Assembly: GCA_025558095.1 (NCBI GenBank)
Contig: JAIVFI010000032.1
Location: 507,849-571,848 of the forward strand
Reading direction: 5' to 3'
Length of the DNA stretch: 64,000 nt
From: Hyaloraphidium curvatum SAG 235-1
Lineage: Eukaryota; Fungi; Monoblepharomycota
Shown here piece by piece: positions 38,995 through 51,589 of the stretch. The first letter of the stretch is position 1, and each line of letters opens with the position of its first letter. The notes under the pieces were generated by a model. The model was not told where the DNA came from and did not search any database. It saw only the letters and a list, made by a program, of their open reading frames with translations. The position numbers were made by a program, and so were the translations under genes.

Positions 38995-40143
38995 ATGGAC
39001 CCCTCCCCCGACGCCCCCCCTCCATCGGACGCGTCCGACGCGTGCTCCGAGGAGGCCTCGCCGTGGTCCTTCCCGCCCGAGGTCTTCCTCGCGCTCGCCG
39101 CCTTCCTGGGCCCGCAGTCGCGGGCACTGCTGGAGCTCTCCCTCGCCTCGCGCGAGATGCACCATCTCTTGCTCCCGACCCTCCTGAGACGCGTCGTTGT
39201 GCCCGATCCCCCTTCGCCCGGGTCGGTCGACGCGTTCCTGGCCGGAACCGGCGCGGGGTTCGCGCCGGACCGCCTGCGCCTCGTGCGGCACCTCGCGCTG
39301 CCGCCCTCCTGGGACTCAGGCGGCCCCGTGCTGAGACGATGCCGCTCCCTGACCCGCCTGGACTGCGAGGCCGCGTCGGCGGAGGACCTCGTGCTGCTCC
39401 AAGAGCTCGCGCCGCCCTCCCTCCTCCACCTCTCCCTCCGCATCCGGGGCGAGCCGTACGTGCCCCCCCTGTTCGCCCTGGACCTGCCGCACCTATTGCA
39501 CCTCTCATACCGCGGCCCAATCCACGCCCGCATCGAAGCCGCCGCGCTCGCCCTCCCGGCCCTCGAGACCATCGACACGCACTACGACCAGCCCCTGGAC
39601 CAGCTCGCCGAGGCCGGCGACGACGTGTACCCGGACTTCCTCGCCAAAATCCGCACCCTCACCTTCAGGAAGCCCGACCTGCTCGAGGCGCTGGCACGCC
39701 GCCCCGAGTTCCGGCCCCGCGCGGTGGTCCAGGAGCCGGGACAGCGGCCGGCGGAACCGGCGCGGAGCACGCACGAGATGCGGATCCTGGCCGCCGCCCG
39801 GGAGGTGCCGAGCGTGAGGGAGGTGGAGATGAACACGCTGTCGAGCACGGCTCTGTGCGCGTGGTACGACCCGAAGCTCGAGTCGGTCAAGGTGCGCAGG
39901 GCGAGGCTGGACATCTCCCCCGCCTTCTTCGAGACGCGCGCGAAGGAGCTGGCGGAAGTCAACCCCAAGCTCGCCCTGGACGCCCCTCCGTCGGCCGGGG
40001 AGCCGGTCGTGGAGATGGCCGTGGACACGGACGCGCCGCACCCCGACGGACCCGAGGCAAGGGACGCCGAGCTGGCGTTCTGGAGGCGGATGGGCGGGGT
40101 GCGGGTGGTGATCGCGCCGCAGGCGGGTGGGCAGGGGGCGTAG
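38995..40143 (+). CDS. F-box-like / LRR-like protein
   Basis: FPPEVFLALAAFL...LSLASREMH F-box-like start; LxxLxL repeats (CRSLTRLDC, LLHLSL, LPALETI). Confidence 0.65.
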   Translation: MDPSPDAPPPSDASDACSEEASPWSFPPEVFLALAAFLGPQSRALLELSLASREMHHLLLPTLLRRVVVPDPPSPGSVDAFLAGTGAGFAPDRLRLVRHLALPPSWDSGGPVLRRCRSLTRLDCEAASAEDLVLLQELAPPSLLHLSLRIRGEPYVPPLFALDLPHLLHLSYRGPIHARIEAAALALPALETIDTHYDQPLDQLAEAGDDVYPDFLAKIRTLTFRKPDLLEALARRPEFRPRAVVQEPGQRPAEPARSTHEMRILAAAREVPSVREVEMNTLSSTALCAWYDPKLESVKVRRARLDISPAFFETRAKELAEVNPKLALDAPPSAGEPVVEMAVDTDAPHPDGPEARDAELAFWRRMGGVRVVIAPQAGGQGA

Positions 40144-41521
40144 GCCCGGGGGCCGGGCATCGTCAGCTCGAAGTACGGAACCCCGCGGACGCCGGTTCCG
40201 GGCTGCATCGGCCTCGGGGGGAACGCGGTCGCGGTTGCCGGATCGGCACGGCGGGACTGCGCAGCACGGGCTTCCGGGCTCGATTCTCCGAGGGACCCGG
40301 CTCCCGATGAAGGGACGGCGGAGGGGGCGCTGGTGCGCGGTGGCGGGCCGGTCTTGCGCGGAGGCGTCCTCGGGGCGGCGACTGGAGGGGACGGCGATGG
40401 ACGCGGGACTCGTCGGGGACGCGGGGCCATCCCGACGGCGGGCCACCGGGGGATCCGGTGCTCCGGTCGGGGGCGTCGGCGCGATCTGCGGATCTCGCCG
40501 TGTGCGGCGGGAAGATCCGGCCGCGTCGTTTCTCCGGCTCCATACAGATCGGCGATGTGTTCGCATACCGGCCCGACCGGTCCCGGTCCCGTTCGAGGAC
40601 CGCCTCTCCCGCCCCCCTCGCTCGCGGGTCCCCCATCATCTCGCTGACGGAGCACCGGAAATTCCAGGGCGGTGCCCGCCTTCCCGACTAGGGACCGGGT
40701 CGCTGGCGGTGCAATAAGCTCAGGCAATGACGAACCTTGTCCTTGTTTTGGGTCGCTGGCGGTGCTGCACTGGCTGTGCCGGCTGGGCGCCCCGGGGTGG
40801 TGCCATCCGGCGCGGATGGCCGGCAAGACCCAAGGAAGTCATCCGGAAAGGCGGCGGGGAGCGTCCGGCGGGGTGGATTGCGCGGTGGGCGTGGTCCGCG
40901 GCGGGAACCCGAGTGAGCCTCGCGGGGCGGTGCGGGAACGGGGATCTTCGGGGGCGCCGGGCGGCCCACCCCCTGCGCGCGAATCTTTGGGATGGCATCC
41001 GGGAAGCAGATCCCGGACTTTCTGCGCTTCGGGACGCCGGTTCCAGCGCGCGGCAGGGGTCGGAAGTCGCAAAGCCGATCCCCAAAATCTAGGGGCCGAT
41101 ATCCGTTCCCCGGCCTGGACCATGACGCCAGCCTCGCTCCGCAACGCGATCTCGCGGCCGGGAGGGCACCGGGAGACTCAGAGGGGTTGGAATCAGTGTT
41201 AATTGGTCCAGCAGATCCTCCCGGACGCCCAGGACCGGGGGGAAGTCCGGTTTCCCGGTTAGTCACCGCCCGCACTATCTTCCCTCACTCTGGGACAGAG
41301 CTGCCTGTGCAGCGAATCCGGCCATCTGCGCCCGCAATAGACGATGTTGGGTACTGGCAAGCCTACCGGAAGCTTCCATGCAGCGCGCATGCAACCCCGG
41401 TGGGTTGGTCAGCAGGGACTTTGCTGTGGGCGGCTTTGCGGGCCGCAACAATGGAAGGTGCTAGGTTCTGGTGCGGATGACATACGCCGCCCACCAAACA
41501 CCCCCCGCGCGCCCGCCCACG

Positions 41522-44079
41522 ATGCGCGTCCTGCTCACGCTCCTCGGGCTCGCCGGCGCCGCGGCGGTGACCGCCTCCGCGGCCCCGGCGGTGCGGCCGC
41601 GCCAGCTCGTCGAGGGCGCCGCGGAGTTGTTGTCCGCCGAGGTCGGCGCGCTGACGGCCGAGCGGGCCGCGGGCGGCGACGCCGGGCTGCGCGCGCTGCT
41701 CGCGGCCGGCGACGTCGATTGCCCCGACTTTGTGCTCGGCGCCGCCACCGACGAGAGCCCCGCGCTGCCGTACCTCTCCGCCACCGCCTGCGAGCGCCCC
41801 CTCGGCAGGCTGCACTTCGCAAACGGGTCCGCCATGGTCCCCTCCGAGGCGTGGCAGCCGTGCTACGCCAACCAGAAGTTCGAGATCCTGCGCGACGACG
41901 GCACCTGGAAGGAGGCGCCCGACCCGACGCTCTACACCGAGCCCGCAAAGGGCCCGCAGGACCCGGCAGGGCCCGCGCAGGTGGGCCGCATCCCGCCCGC
42001 CGCCGCACCCCCCAGTTGCTGATGTTATTCCGCAGCTCGACATGAGGTTCTACGTGCACCGCCGCGACAGGGACGTGCTCGAGCGCGCAAACTGCCAAAC
42101 CGAGGCCGAGGGATCGACTCAGGCGCCCAGCTGGTACACCGCCTCCCTGCAGGGCCGCCTCCTGCGCCTCCATGTGCAGTGCAACAGCGGTCGCACGCGC
42201 GGCGACCTGTACTTTGTGGTGGGTGCACGGGCCGGGTGGCTTCCGTGCCGCACGTCCCTTGCTCACTCGCTCGCCGTCCCCCGCAGTGGTCCCACCCCGC
42301 GACCGACGGCGTCGGCATCAAGAGCCTCACCTGCTCCGGCGGCAAGGTCACCGGCTACACCCTCGTCGGCGACGGCGCCCCCGAGCCCCCGGCAGAGACC
42401 ACCCCTTCCGTCCCGGCCGAAACGACCCCGGCTGCCCCGGCAACGACTGAAGCACCCCCGGCCACCACCGAAGCACCCGTCGAGACCGCCACGCTCACCA
42501 CCGTCTCGGGCACCCGCACCGTGTTTGTTCCCTGCCCCACCATCCCGGTCTCGACCGACGGCCGCTGCGGCTCGAGCTTCGGCACGCGCTGCGAGGACGG
42601 CATCTGCTGCTCGCGCTGGGGCTACTGCCAGGGTACGTGCATCGCGATGCATGGTCGTGCGAGCGGGAGCTGATTCGCGCCCCTCCGCGACCCGCGAACC
42701 CCCATCCGACGCATGCAGACAACGGCGGCAACGCTGGTATGCACCCTTTGTGCACCACACGCCCTCCCCCGCTAACCTCGATGCACCCACAGGCGTGCCC
42801 TGGTGCGGTGTCGGCTGCCAGGTCGGCTTCGGCAAGTGCCACAAGCGCCCCGCCCTCGCCTCCGTCTCGGACGTCTGCAACCCGCACGGCACCCCGACCT
42901 CGGCCGCCTGGTCCGCCACCACCGTGTCGGCATCCACCCCGGTGTACAACCCCTGCCCCGACCTGCCCGTGGAGACCGACGGGCGGTGCGGGCCCGACTT
43001 TGGCGGCGCGAAGTGCTCGGACGGGTACTGCTGCTCGCAGTACGGTTACTGCCAGGACGACGGCGACGATTCCGGTTCGTTGACGCGCGTTGTGCATCCG
43101 TTTCGATTGGTGCTGACCGTGTTTGTGCGCAGGCGAGGCGTGGTGCGGCGACGGATGCATCCTCGGCTACGGCAAGTGCTTCGTCGGCGCCACCGTCGTC
43201 AGCGACTTCTGCCCCGGCTCGACGACCACCGACGCCCCCGCCGCGACGACCGAAGCCCCGGCCCCGACCAGCGATGCTCCTGCTGCCACCACGGATGCCC
43301 CGGCCCCGACCAGCGACGCCCCCGCCCCGACCAGCGACGCCCCGGCCGAAACCACCCCTGCCGCACCCGAGACCAGTGCCCCGGCTCCCGAGGAGACCAC
43401 CCCGGCCGCAGCAACCACGGACGACGTCGCCAGCACCACCGCGTCCGCCGGCGTCGAGGAGACCAGCGCCCCGGCTCCCGAGTCGACGTCGGCCCCTGAG
43501 ACGTCGTCGGAGCCCGCGCCGGCGACGAGCGAAGCCCCAGCGACCACGGATGCGCCCGCGGCTACCACGGCCGCGGAGGAGACGACCTCGGTGGGTGTTT
43601 GTACGTCGGGTGTCGCCGGCGTGCGTCTGACACAATCGTCTGCAGGCTGCCGAGACCAGCGCCGCCGTTGAGACCAGCGCCGCCGTCGAGACCAGCGCCG
43701 CCGCGGAGACCAGCGCCGCAAGCACCGAAGCCGCCAGCGAAACGACGTCGGCGGCTGCGGAGACCAGCGCCCCGGCCTCCGAGACATCTTCGGCCGCTCC
43801 CGAAGCCACGTCCGAGGCCGCATCGGAAACCACGTCGGCAGCTGCCACCGATGCCCCCACGACCACGGAGGCCCCGTCGGAGGTGCGCATCGTCGATGTT
43901 GTTCGCGGGCGGCGATCTGACTCGCGTTCCAGACCAGCGCCGCCGAAACCGCGACCGAAGCCGCAACCACAACCGAAGCAGCATCCTCCACGGAGGAAGC
44001 CACGACCACCGCGGTTGAAGCGAGCTCGACGGAGGAGGCGACCACTTCTGCCGAAGCCACGGAGACGGCCACCCCTTAG
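41522..44079 (+). CDS. Secreted protein with two chitin-binding type-1 (CBM18/hevein) domains and a Ser/Thr/Ala/Glu-rich stalk
   Basis: Signal peptide MRVLLTLLGLAGAAA; DGRCG..C..G.CCS.(W/Y)GYC...C..GC..G.GKC twice; ETSAA/TSDAPAP repeats. Confidence 0.85.
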
Positions 44080-44272
44080 ACGGCCGCGATTTTCGACATT
44101 GCAGTTTAATTTCTTCCCGGCTAAAGAGTGTATGGAGTGCGCGTGCGTACTTGGACTAGAGCGACAGACATCTATGCTAGTCTTCCTCCTTCGCGTCGAA
44201 GAGGTTCCGGCCTCGGGTCAATTTCACACGTCCCGTTGCATACCCGCCCACCTTTTCCCTTTCCAACGCTGC

Positions 44273-45499
44273 CTACAACTTCGCAGCCTCGACCTTCTGC
44301 CCCTGCACCGCGATCTTTCGCTCGATCATCCCCGCGATCCTGTCCGCGCCGTACCCCAGCTCGCGCAGCACGTCTGCCGTGTGCTCCCCCACCGCGGCCG
44401 CCCTCCTGAATTTGATCTTGGCCACCCCCTCCACCTCGAACGGGGAATTGATCGTTTCGACCCCGTCCTCCCTCTTGACCACGATCCCCGCGGCGCGCGG
44501 CTGCGGGTCCGCCGCAACGTCGTCCATCGTGTTGATGATGGTGAAGGTGACCCCCGCGGCGTCCAGGGCGGCGCGCCAGTGCTGCCGGTCCTGCGACGCA
44601 AAGATCTCGTCGAGGAGGGCGATGAGCTCGGCCGCGTTCTCCTTCTGCGCCTCCTCGGTGGCGAACTTGGGCTCCGCCGCGAGGTCGGGCCGGCCGAGGG
44701 CGGCGAAGAGGGGCGCGAACTGGCGCTGGTTGAGGATGGCCAGGAACAGCCAGGTGCCGCAGCCGCAGCGGTAGATGTTTGCCAGGGGGCGGTCGCGCTC
44801 GGCGCGGGGCTTGCCGGGGATCTCGCCCGTGAAGTCGTGGCCCGAGAACTTGCCCTGCAGCATGGCGCCGTTGGCCCACATCCCATTGGCCATGAGCGAG
44901 GTGCGCACGAGGCCACCCCTGCCGGTCAGCTGCCGGCGGTACAGGGCGGTGACCACGGCCGCGTAGAGCGAGACGGCGGTGGGGTGGTCGCCCTGCCCGG
45001 GCATGCTGGACGAGGGCACGGTGTCGGGCGACGAGCGCACGAGGTCCATGAGCGCCGAGCGCGCCCAGAAGGCCGTGGCGTCGAAGCCGCTTTTGCCGGC
45101 CTCGGGCCCGACCTCGCCGTATGCCGAGATGGACGCGTAGATGAGCCGCGGGTTCAGCTTGGCGAGGTCGGCGTACTCGATGCCCAGCCGCTTGCGCGCC
45201 TCGGGGAGCTGGTTGGTGATGAAAACGTCGGCACCGGCGACGAGCTTGTACAGCGCCTCGCGCGCCTCGGGGTGCTTCATGTCGAGCGCGAGGGAGCGCT
45301 TGTTGCGCGAGTCGAACTCGTACGGGAACGAGCCCGTCGGCCAAAAGTAGCGGTAGAGGTCGCCCTCTGGCGGCTCGACGCGGATCACGTCGGCGCCGAG
45401 GTCCGAGAAGATGGTCGCGCAGGCGGGGCCCGCGATGTACGAGGCAAAGTCGATGACCTTGAGGCCCTTGAACAGGAGCACGGGGGCCTCGTCCGCCAT
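44273..45499 (-). CDS. CoA-transferase family III (CaiB/BaiF), copy 1
   Basis: GLKVIDF..IAGP, DLGADVI.VEPP.GD, RNKRSLALD, NPRLIYASISAYG, GEHT; intronless. Confidence 0.93.
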   Translation of the reverse strand: MADEAPVLLFKGLKVIDFASYIAGPACATIFSDLGADVIRVEPPEGDLYRYFWPTGSFPYEFDSRNKRSLALDMKHPEAREALYKLVAGADVFITNQLPEARKRLGIEYADLAKLNPRLIYASISAYGEVGPEAGKSGFDATAFWARSALMDLVRSSPDTVPSSSMPGQGDHPTAVSLYAAVVTALYRRQLTGRGGLVRTSLMANGMWANGAMLQGKFSGHDFTGEIPGKPRAERDRPLANIYRCGCGTWLFLAILNQRQFAPLFAALGRPDLAAEPKFATEEAQKENAAELIALLDEIFASQDRQHWRAALDAAGVTFTIINTMDDVAADPQPRAAGIVVKREDGVETINSPFEVEGVAKIKFRRAAAVGEHTADVLRELGYGADRIAGMIERKIAVQGQKVEAAKL

Positions 45500-45796
45500 C
45501 GCGTCACCAGTAACAAGCGGTAATGGGCAGGAGGAAGGGGATTGGAAGGCTCGGCGCCGCGATGGCCGGCGGGGAAGCCGCGGGAGACAGAATCGGCGAT
45601 CTCAGAGGGGGCAAGCGTGGTGGCGAGGACGCCGCCGCCCACCCGCGTGGTGGCTACCCGCTCAAGGAACGGGATACTCTTCCATATTCGGCCGGGATCA
45701 AGAAAATGCGGTCTTTTTTGGAATCAGCTAGACGACCGAGCGCCCACGAGAGGCACCGACCGCCCGCCGAGGCGCTGAGGCACGGCCCCGCACCCC

Positions 45797-46624
45797 CTAT
45801 CCCTGATTCGGCTCCTTCACCACCAGCACCGGGCAGCTCGCGTTGTGCACCAGGTGATCGCTCACGCTCCCGATCATCAGCCTGCGCACCGCGCCCATCC
45901 CCCGGGATCCGACCACCAGCACGTCCGGCTTCTTGGTTTCCTTTCCCGGGGCGTCAGCTTCCCATCCGGTCCCGGGAGCGGGCGGAGAGCAACCCACGAC
46001 GTACTCCGAGATCACGTCCCTCGGATCCTCCCTCTTGACCGTCACCGGCTCGTGCACGAGCGTCCACTTCCCCCCCTTGCCCGATTTCGGATCCACCCCG
46101 GCGGCCGACAGCTCCGTCTCGGCCTTGGCGATCATTGTCTCGGCGAATTTGGCCTCGGCGGCGACCAGGCGGTTCTTCTCGCCCTCGCTCGCGACGCCTG
46201 CGGGGCGCCCAGGGACGGGATCAGCACGTCGGCGTCGGGGGAGGGGCGGGGAGGGGCAACCTTCGGCCGCGTCCGAGCCCAGCAGGGCCTCCATGATGTC
46301 CTCGTAGTCGTCCGGCACGACGTTGACGCTCTGCGGGTCGGAAAAGGCGAGGAGCGCGTGGCCGGGAGCGAGGGTGTGTCGGTGCGGGCCACGCGGGAGC
46401 GCGTTCCGGGCCACCGGAATCAACATGCGGGGCCATTGCATCACAAAAGGCGCGGGAGTTCCGCGGTCAGCCCCGCTTCGACGCCGTGGCGGGCAGCGGG
46501 CACCCACGAGCACGGTCAGCGAGTCGCCCCTCTCGGTCCGCAGCAGGTTCTCCGCGGCGAACCGCAGCGCGGCGGCGCCTCCGGCCGACCCGTCGAACGC
46601 GACGATGATGTTTTTCGGGGCCAT
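45797..46624 (-). CDS. Universal stress protein (USP) family
   Basis: NIIVAFDGS, DVLVVGSRGMG...MIGSVSDHLVHNASCPVLVVK; introns present. Confidence 0.9.
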   Translation of the reverse strand: MAPKNIIVAFDGSAGGAAALRFAAENLLRTERGDSLTVLVGARCPPRRRSGADRGTPAPFVMQWPRMLIPVARNALPRGPHRHTLAPGHALLAFSDPQSVNVVPDDYEDIMEALLGSDAAEGCPSPPLPRRRRADPVPGRPAGVASEGEKNRLVAAEAKFAETMIAKAETELSAAGVDPKSGKGGKWTLVHEPVTVKREDPRDVISEYVVGCSPPAPGTGWEADAPGKETKKPDVLVVGSRGMGAVRRLMIGSVSDHLVHNASCPVLVVKEPNQG

Positions 46625-46779
46625 AGAGGGCGCGGGTGGCTGTTCGGAGTTGTAGGTGAGTGTGAGTCAAGTTGTTTGGGCGAGTCCGAGTCCACGGCCG
46701 GCACCGCTCGGGACGTTCGCGCGCCGATCAGGGACAAGGCGCAAAAAGAGGTGGCGCAAGTGTTGCAAAGTCACATACA

Positions 46780-48033
46780 TCAGTCCTTGGATGGGTCCGA
46801 CGAGGACACTGCTCCAGGTGGGGTATGCTCCAGGGCCAAGAGCACGGCATTGGCCCACCTCCGCACGCCCGGGCTTCCCGGTCCGAGCGAGTCCGACAGT
46901 CCAGCGGCCACTGCCTGCAATCGCGCGGCGGTGTCGGGATACGCCAAGGAAGGCACCTCCCGGAGGATGGACTCCAGCGGGAGCAGCCCCGCCTCCGCGG
47001 CCCTCGCGTCCCCTTCCTCCAGCGCGCCCTCCAGCGCCCTCACCAGCGTCCCCACCGCCCCCTTGTCCGCCGCCCTCCGGCACGCCTCCGAATGGCGGAA
47101 CACCATGCTCCCCACCGCCTCGCACGCCGCCGTCCTTGCCTTGCCGTCCTCCCCCGCCGCGACGTCCAGGACGGCCTCGAGGCACCCGGCGGCGAGAAAC
47201 GCGTCCTGCTGCGGGCTCGGGGCGCGGCCGTAGGTGGCGTGCGAGACGGCGTGGCATGCCCAGCGGCGCACGCGGGGGTCGGGGAAGGTGGTGATGGCGA
47301 GCAGCAGGAGGGTAGGGCCCGTCATGACCAACGGTGGTCCGGAATGCAGGTGGTCGTCGGCAATAGAGCATTCTGTCCGTGAGTGGAGGGCATCCGAGGC
47401 CTCCGAGGGTTGCCGGTCGCCGTCTGCCGGTGTGTCCGTGTTTGAACCCGGCCACGAGGCCACCATGGCCTTGCGCTCCATCGGCCCAACCATGTCCGTG
47501 CCGTAGCACAGGTTCCCGACCGCCCTGCACAGCTGCATCGCCAGCTCCGCCGTCCCGCGGTCCCTCTCCTCCGCCCGGCACGCACCCTCGAGGCAGCGCA
47601 GCAGCAGCGCCAGCCCGCCCGCGTCGGCGATCGCGGCCTTTGCTTCCGGCGACGACGATCCGCCGATGTTGCCCAGCGCGGTGGCGGCCTGCACGCGCGC
47701 CCACAGGTTGGCGGGCGATGCGGGGCGGCGCAGGACGTGCAGAGCGAGGTCGACGGCGCCGCCCTCGACGAGCTCCATCGCGACCGCCGCGTCTTTTTCC
47801 CATAATCGCGACTCGTCGGCGATGAATTTGCACGCGCGGGCGGCCAGCGCGGCGCACGACGGCGCGCCCATCGCGGCGGAGCAGAGGAGGGCGACGCGTT
47901 GGAGACGCGTCAGGGCGGGCCGGGAGAGGCCATCGGGCGCCGCTGGCACGCCCTTGACGTCGCGAGAGAGGTCCACGAGCCCCAGCAGCGTGACCGCTGC
48001 CGCCAGCGCCCGGTCTCGCGTGGGGGCCGGCAT
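46780..48033 (-). CDS. Armadillo-repeat protein
   Basis: Repeats such as LVEGGAVDLAL, AATALGNI, IADAGGLALL, ACHAVSH, GAVGTLV. Confidence 0.7.
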   Translation of the reverse strand: MPAPTRDRALAAAVTLLGLVDLSRDVKGVPAAPDGLSRPALTRLQRVALLCSAAMGAPSCAALAARACKFIADESRLWEKDAAVAMELVEGGAVDLALHVLRRPASPANLWARVQAATALGNIGGSSSPEAKAAIADAGGLALLLRCLEGACRAEERDRGTAELAMQLCRAVGNLCYGTDMVGPMERKAMVASWPGSNTDTPADGDRQPSEASDALHSRTECSIADDHLHSGPPLVMTGPTLLLLAITTFPDPRVRRWACHAVSHATYGRAPSPQQDAFLAAGCLEAVLDVAAGEDGKARTAACEAVGSMVFRHSEACRRAADKGAVGTLVRALEGALEEGDARAAEAGLLPLESILREVPSLAYPDTAARLQAVAAGLSDSLGPGSPGVRRWANAVLLALEHTPPGAVSSSDPSKD

Positions 48034-48148
48034 CGGCGGTCCCGTGTCGGGGATCCACTAGCCCGCGAACGCGTAGCTACGTCGAACGACGACACGAATC
48101 TCTTGTGAGTAGTTACGTTACATCCAATTGCCAAGTTGCACTTCCGGT

Positions 48149-50733
48149 TTAGTTGGATTGACCCTCGCTGCCATCCGACGAATACTGCAGGTGGTGCACC
48201 GACTTGCCCGCGGGGCTGGCAAACAGCAGCGCCGCCCCGGCCTCGCCCACCTCCACCTCGAGCTCGAACAGCCCGCGCTTGCCGTCGCTCTGGACAACGG
48301 CGTAGCGCTCCGGCTCGCTGCCGGGCTTGAGGATCCGGTAGACGGCGATCTCGACGGCCTCGCCGGGGGGTTCGGCGACCCCGAGGACCTTGGCCCGCTT
48401 GCCCGTCGTCGTGGTCCCGCCGAGCACCGCCTCGCCGTTGACGCCGAGCAGGTACGGCGCCCGCGGAACAACCTTGTCCGTGACGACGGTGACTTCGTAC
48501 GGCCTGCCCTCGCCCAGCCCGTCGACGTTGAACCGTATCTTGTGCGTCTCGCCGGGCTCCAGCACCTTGCCGGCGTCGTAGACCGCGCCGCCGCCCGAGC
48601 CGAGGTCGAACCGGTCCACTTCGGTGCCGTCGACCATAACGGAGCACGGCTTGCCGGCATGGTCGCGCGACGTCGAGACCGAAAGCCACGGGTCGCGGGG
48701 CACTTTGAGCTCCAGCGCGGGCGAGCCATCGTCCCGCACCAGCCTGCCCGAGGCGTAGGCCACGTACGCGGGCATCTTGCTTTCCTTTTCCGTGCCCCGC
48801 ACCGAGACGAGGTATGGCTCCGATCGCGCTCCGTTGGCGACCAGTACGACCTCGTAATCCCCGTCCCCGATCTGGTCCGCCCGGTAGCGGAACCGCGCGT
48901 CCCTGCCCGCGATCGCGGTGCCGACCCAGCGCCACGCCCCCGCGTCGCGGACGACGATGTAGACGAGGGTGCCCTCGCCGCCGCCCGAGGTGCCCACCAC
49001 GAGCGCGGAGGCGCTGCCCTCGAGCGAGACCTCGAGGCCGTCGGGGGTGTTGCCGCCGAAGGATTCGAGCTCGGGCGCCTTGTCCGCGCCGGAAGACTGC
49101 GGGATCTCGACCTCGCCGCCGGCTGTGGTGCCGTCCCCCGCCTTGGTTTCGCCGCCCGAATCGGCCCCCTTGTCGCCGTCCTTGAGGAAGTGGTGCGCGC
49201 GCTTCCCCCCCGGACCGGCAAACACGAACGTCGCCCCCGCCTCGCCGACCTCGAGCTCGATCTCGAACCTCCCGCGCTCGTCGGTCTCGGCCGCCCCGAC
49301 CTCCTCGGGCTTCGCGTACGGCTTGGCGATCCGGTAGACCGTCACCTTGTCCTTCCGGCCGGCGGGCTCGGCGATCCCGCGCGCGGCAAACTTTTCCCCG
49401 GAGACGGAGGTCAGGCTGCCGACCACCGCGCGGTCGCCAGCCCGCACGAGGTAAGGCGGGACTTCCTTGATATCCTTGGAGGCCTCGACGAGGTACGTGT
49501 CCGAAAAGCCAAAGGTGAGGAAGAACAGCTTCCGCGCCTCCCCGGGCTTGAACATCCCCTCCGCATCCTCCCAGCTGAACGAGCCGTCGGGCCCGGCGGT
49601 GCCCTGTCCGACCTGCTCGCCGTCCACGTACACGCCGTAGCCTGCGTTCGGGGTGCCGAGCCCGAAAAAGACCGGGTTCGGCGGGGCGACGATGGAGGTG
49701 GGGTCCTTGGGATCGGGGCGGCGGCCCGAGACGGAGCGGAGGGAGGGGAGCCGCGGCCCGTCGGGGACCTCGACGACGACCTTATACGATTTGGAGGAGC
49801 CCGGGGTGCTCGAGACCCGGAGCTCGTGGCTGCCGGACTCGCCGACGGGCCCGGCGTCGAACTCGAATGCGCCCCCGTCGTCGGCGATGGCGGTGCCGAT
49901 CCACTGGCCGTCCACCGTGAGGTAGATGAGAGAGCCCTGCGGCGCATCGGCGGTGCCGGAGATGCGGGCGCCGCGGCCGTCCAGGGTGACGACGCCGTCC
50001 CGGTCGGGGGCGGAGCCTTCGACGTCGGTGAGCGAGGGGGCGTTGGTGTCGGAAGCGGGTGGGGGCGGCGTGGGCGGGCGGGGTAGGGGAGTCGCGAGGG
50101 ATGCGAGGGCATTGATGCACCTGCAGCTGCCCGAGGACCTGCGGGATGCAAGCCAAGGAGGGGGATGCGGCGGGCGGGTCAGACATGCATGCCACGTGAG
50201 CGCATTGGGGGCGGGACTCACCAATCGGCTGTAAACATGTCCTGCCTCCTGAAGAGGCGCTTGGTGGGGACTTGAACCGCGACGGGCGTACCGTCGGGCA
50301 CCACCATGCCGTCGGCTGTCACCTCGACGTAGCCGTCCTCCGCGGGCTCGACAATAATCTCGGGCTTCAGGGCCCAGCGTGCCTTGTAGTCGATGCAGAT
50401 TGTGACGAGGTCAATGGTGCCGCCCGCACCGAGGGAGGCGTCGGCGGCCTGGAGGGCGTAGGAGCCCGGGCGGCCGGGCACCGGGACCAGCGCAGCGGGC
50501 CCGTCCGCCGAGGCCAGCAGCCCGCCTTCGACGCGCAGCACGCCGCCATAGCGCCCGGCGATGTCGGCGGGGTTTCGCAGCGAGACGGCGGAGCACTGGC
50601 GCCACAGCGCGGGGGAGCCGGGCGCGGGGCGCGGGCCCGACAGCGGCGTGACGCGCACGTCGGCGTGCCACGACGGGCGAGCGAAGGCGGTGCCGAGGAG
50701 AGCGAGCAGCACGAGAGCCGCGAGGGCCGCCAT
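48149..50733 (-). CDS. Secreted protein with bacterial Ig-like repeats
   Basis: Signal peptide MAALAALVLLALLGTAFA; duplicated Ig-like blocks (AP.L....G....DG...L.G....GT....G.L.Y....WxGTAIA...F; GxAEP.G..V..YRI.KP....D.RG.FE.E.EVGEAGA..FA.P.GK..H). Confidence 0.7.
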
Positions 50734-51589
50734 GTCGATACCGGCGGAGTGGGAGTGCGACGGAGCGGTGCGGAGGCGAAGAGATGAACGTCCCTGGGCC
50801 GCGGCCGGCAATCCGCCGTTCAGCCAGGTCGGAGGGATACTCCGCGCCTGCTCGGGAGCGCGTAAGTCCGCCGATTAGAGCCACTGGTACTCGGGATGAA
50901 CTCGTCAAGACGTGCTCCATCTGGGTGGCCTTGACCTTTGTTCGTGCCGCGCTCGCATGTGCCGAGTCGGCGATCCCCCGCCCGCATCCCACCCGATCTC
51001 ATCATCTGTCGGTCGGGGCTGGACGGCTCTGGAAGCGAGGGCACACTCAATCGCCCGGATACGTGCAGCCATGTATCCGGCATCGCGGAGGCCGGCACTT
51101 TGCTGTTCTTCAGGTCCTTTCCCGAGGACCAGTCCCCTCGGCTCTCGAGGGATCACAGCCAGGGGGCAGCAGCAGGTTCAAAACGACAGCAGTCGTTCAC
51201 CTTTGGTGCAATTCGGGGACAATTGAGCAGTATACCGAGCTAGCCGATCGACTTTCGACCGGACCCCCTCCCGCCTTCAGCAGCCGCGGCAACTCTGGCA
51301 TCTGGCTGGCCGCCGTACCGTAAAGGTGGAGCACCTCCGATTTCACAATGGAGACAGTGACCCGCCTCCAGTGGACAATGGTCCTCTCGGCCAAAAGACC
51401 CGCGGTCGGCTTGGACCCGTTGCAGCAGCTTTGATTTCTTCCCAATGATCGTTCGCCCGGCACGCGCATCCCCATTGCAAGGATCACACGGCAAGGAATG
51501 GGACGTGGGAGGTTCGATGGCCCGATTCACATCTCCCCTTGTCCTTTTGAGGCCTTGCGGGCTGGCAAGCCCCGGAAGACGAGGCGGCG

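Noticed and set aside
40150-41500. Several 100-400 aa ORFs
   Set aside because: Arg/Pro/Gly-rich translations with no motifs; likely intergenic.
43220-43870. Tandem DNA repeats (GAGACCAGCGCC etc.)
   Set aside because: Coding repeats of the Ser/Thr-rich stalk of the CBM18 protein.
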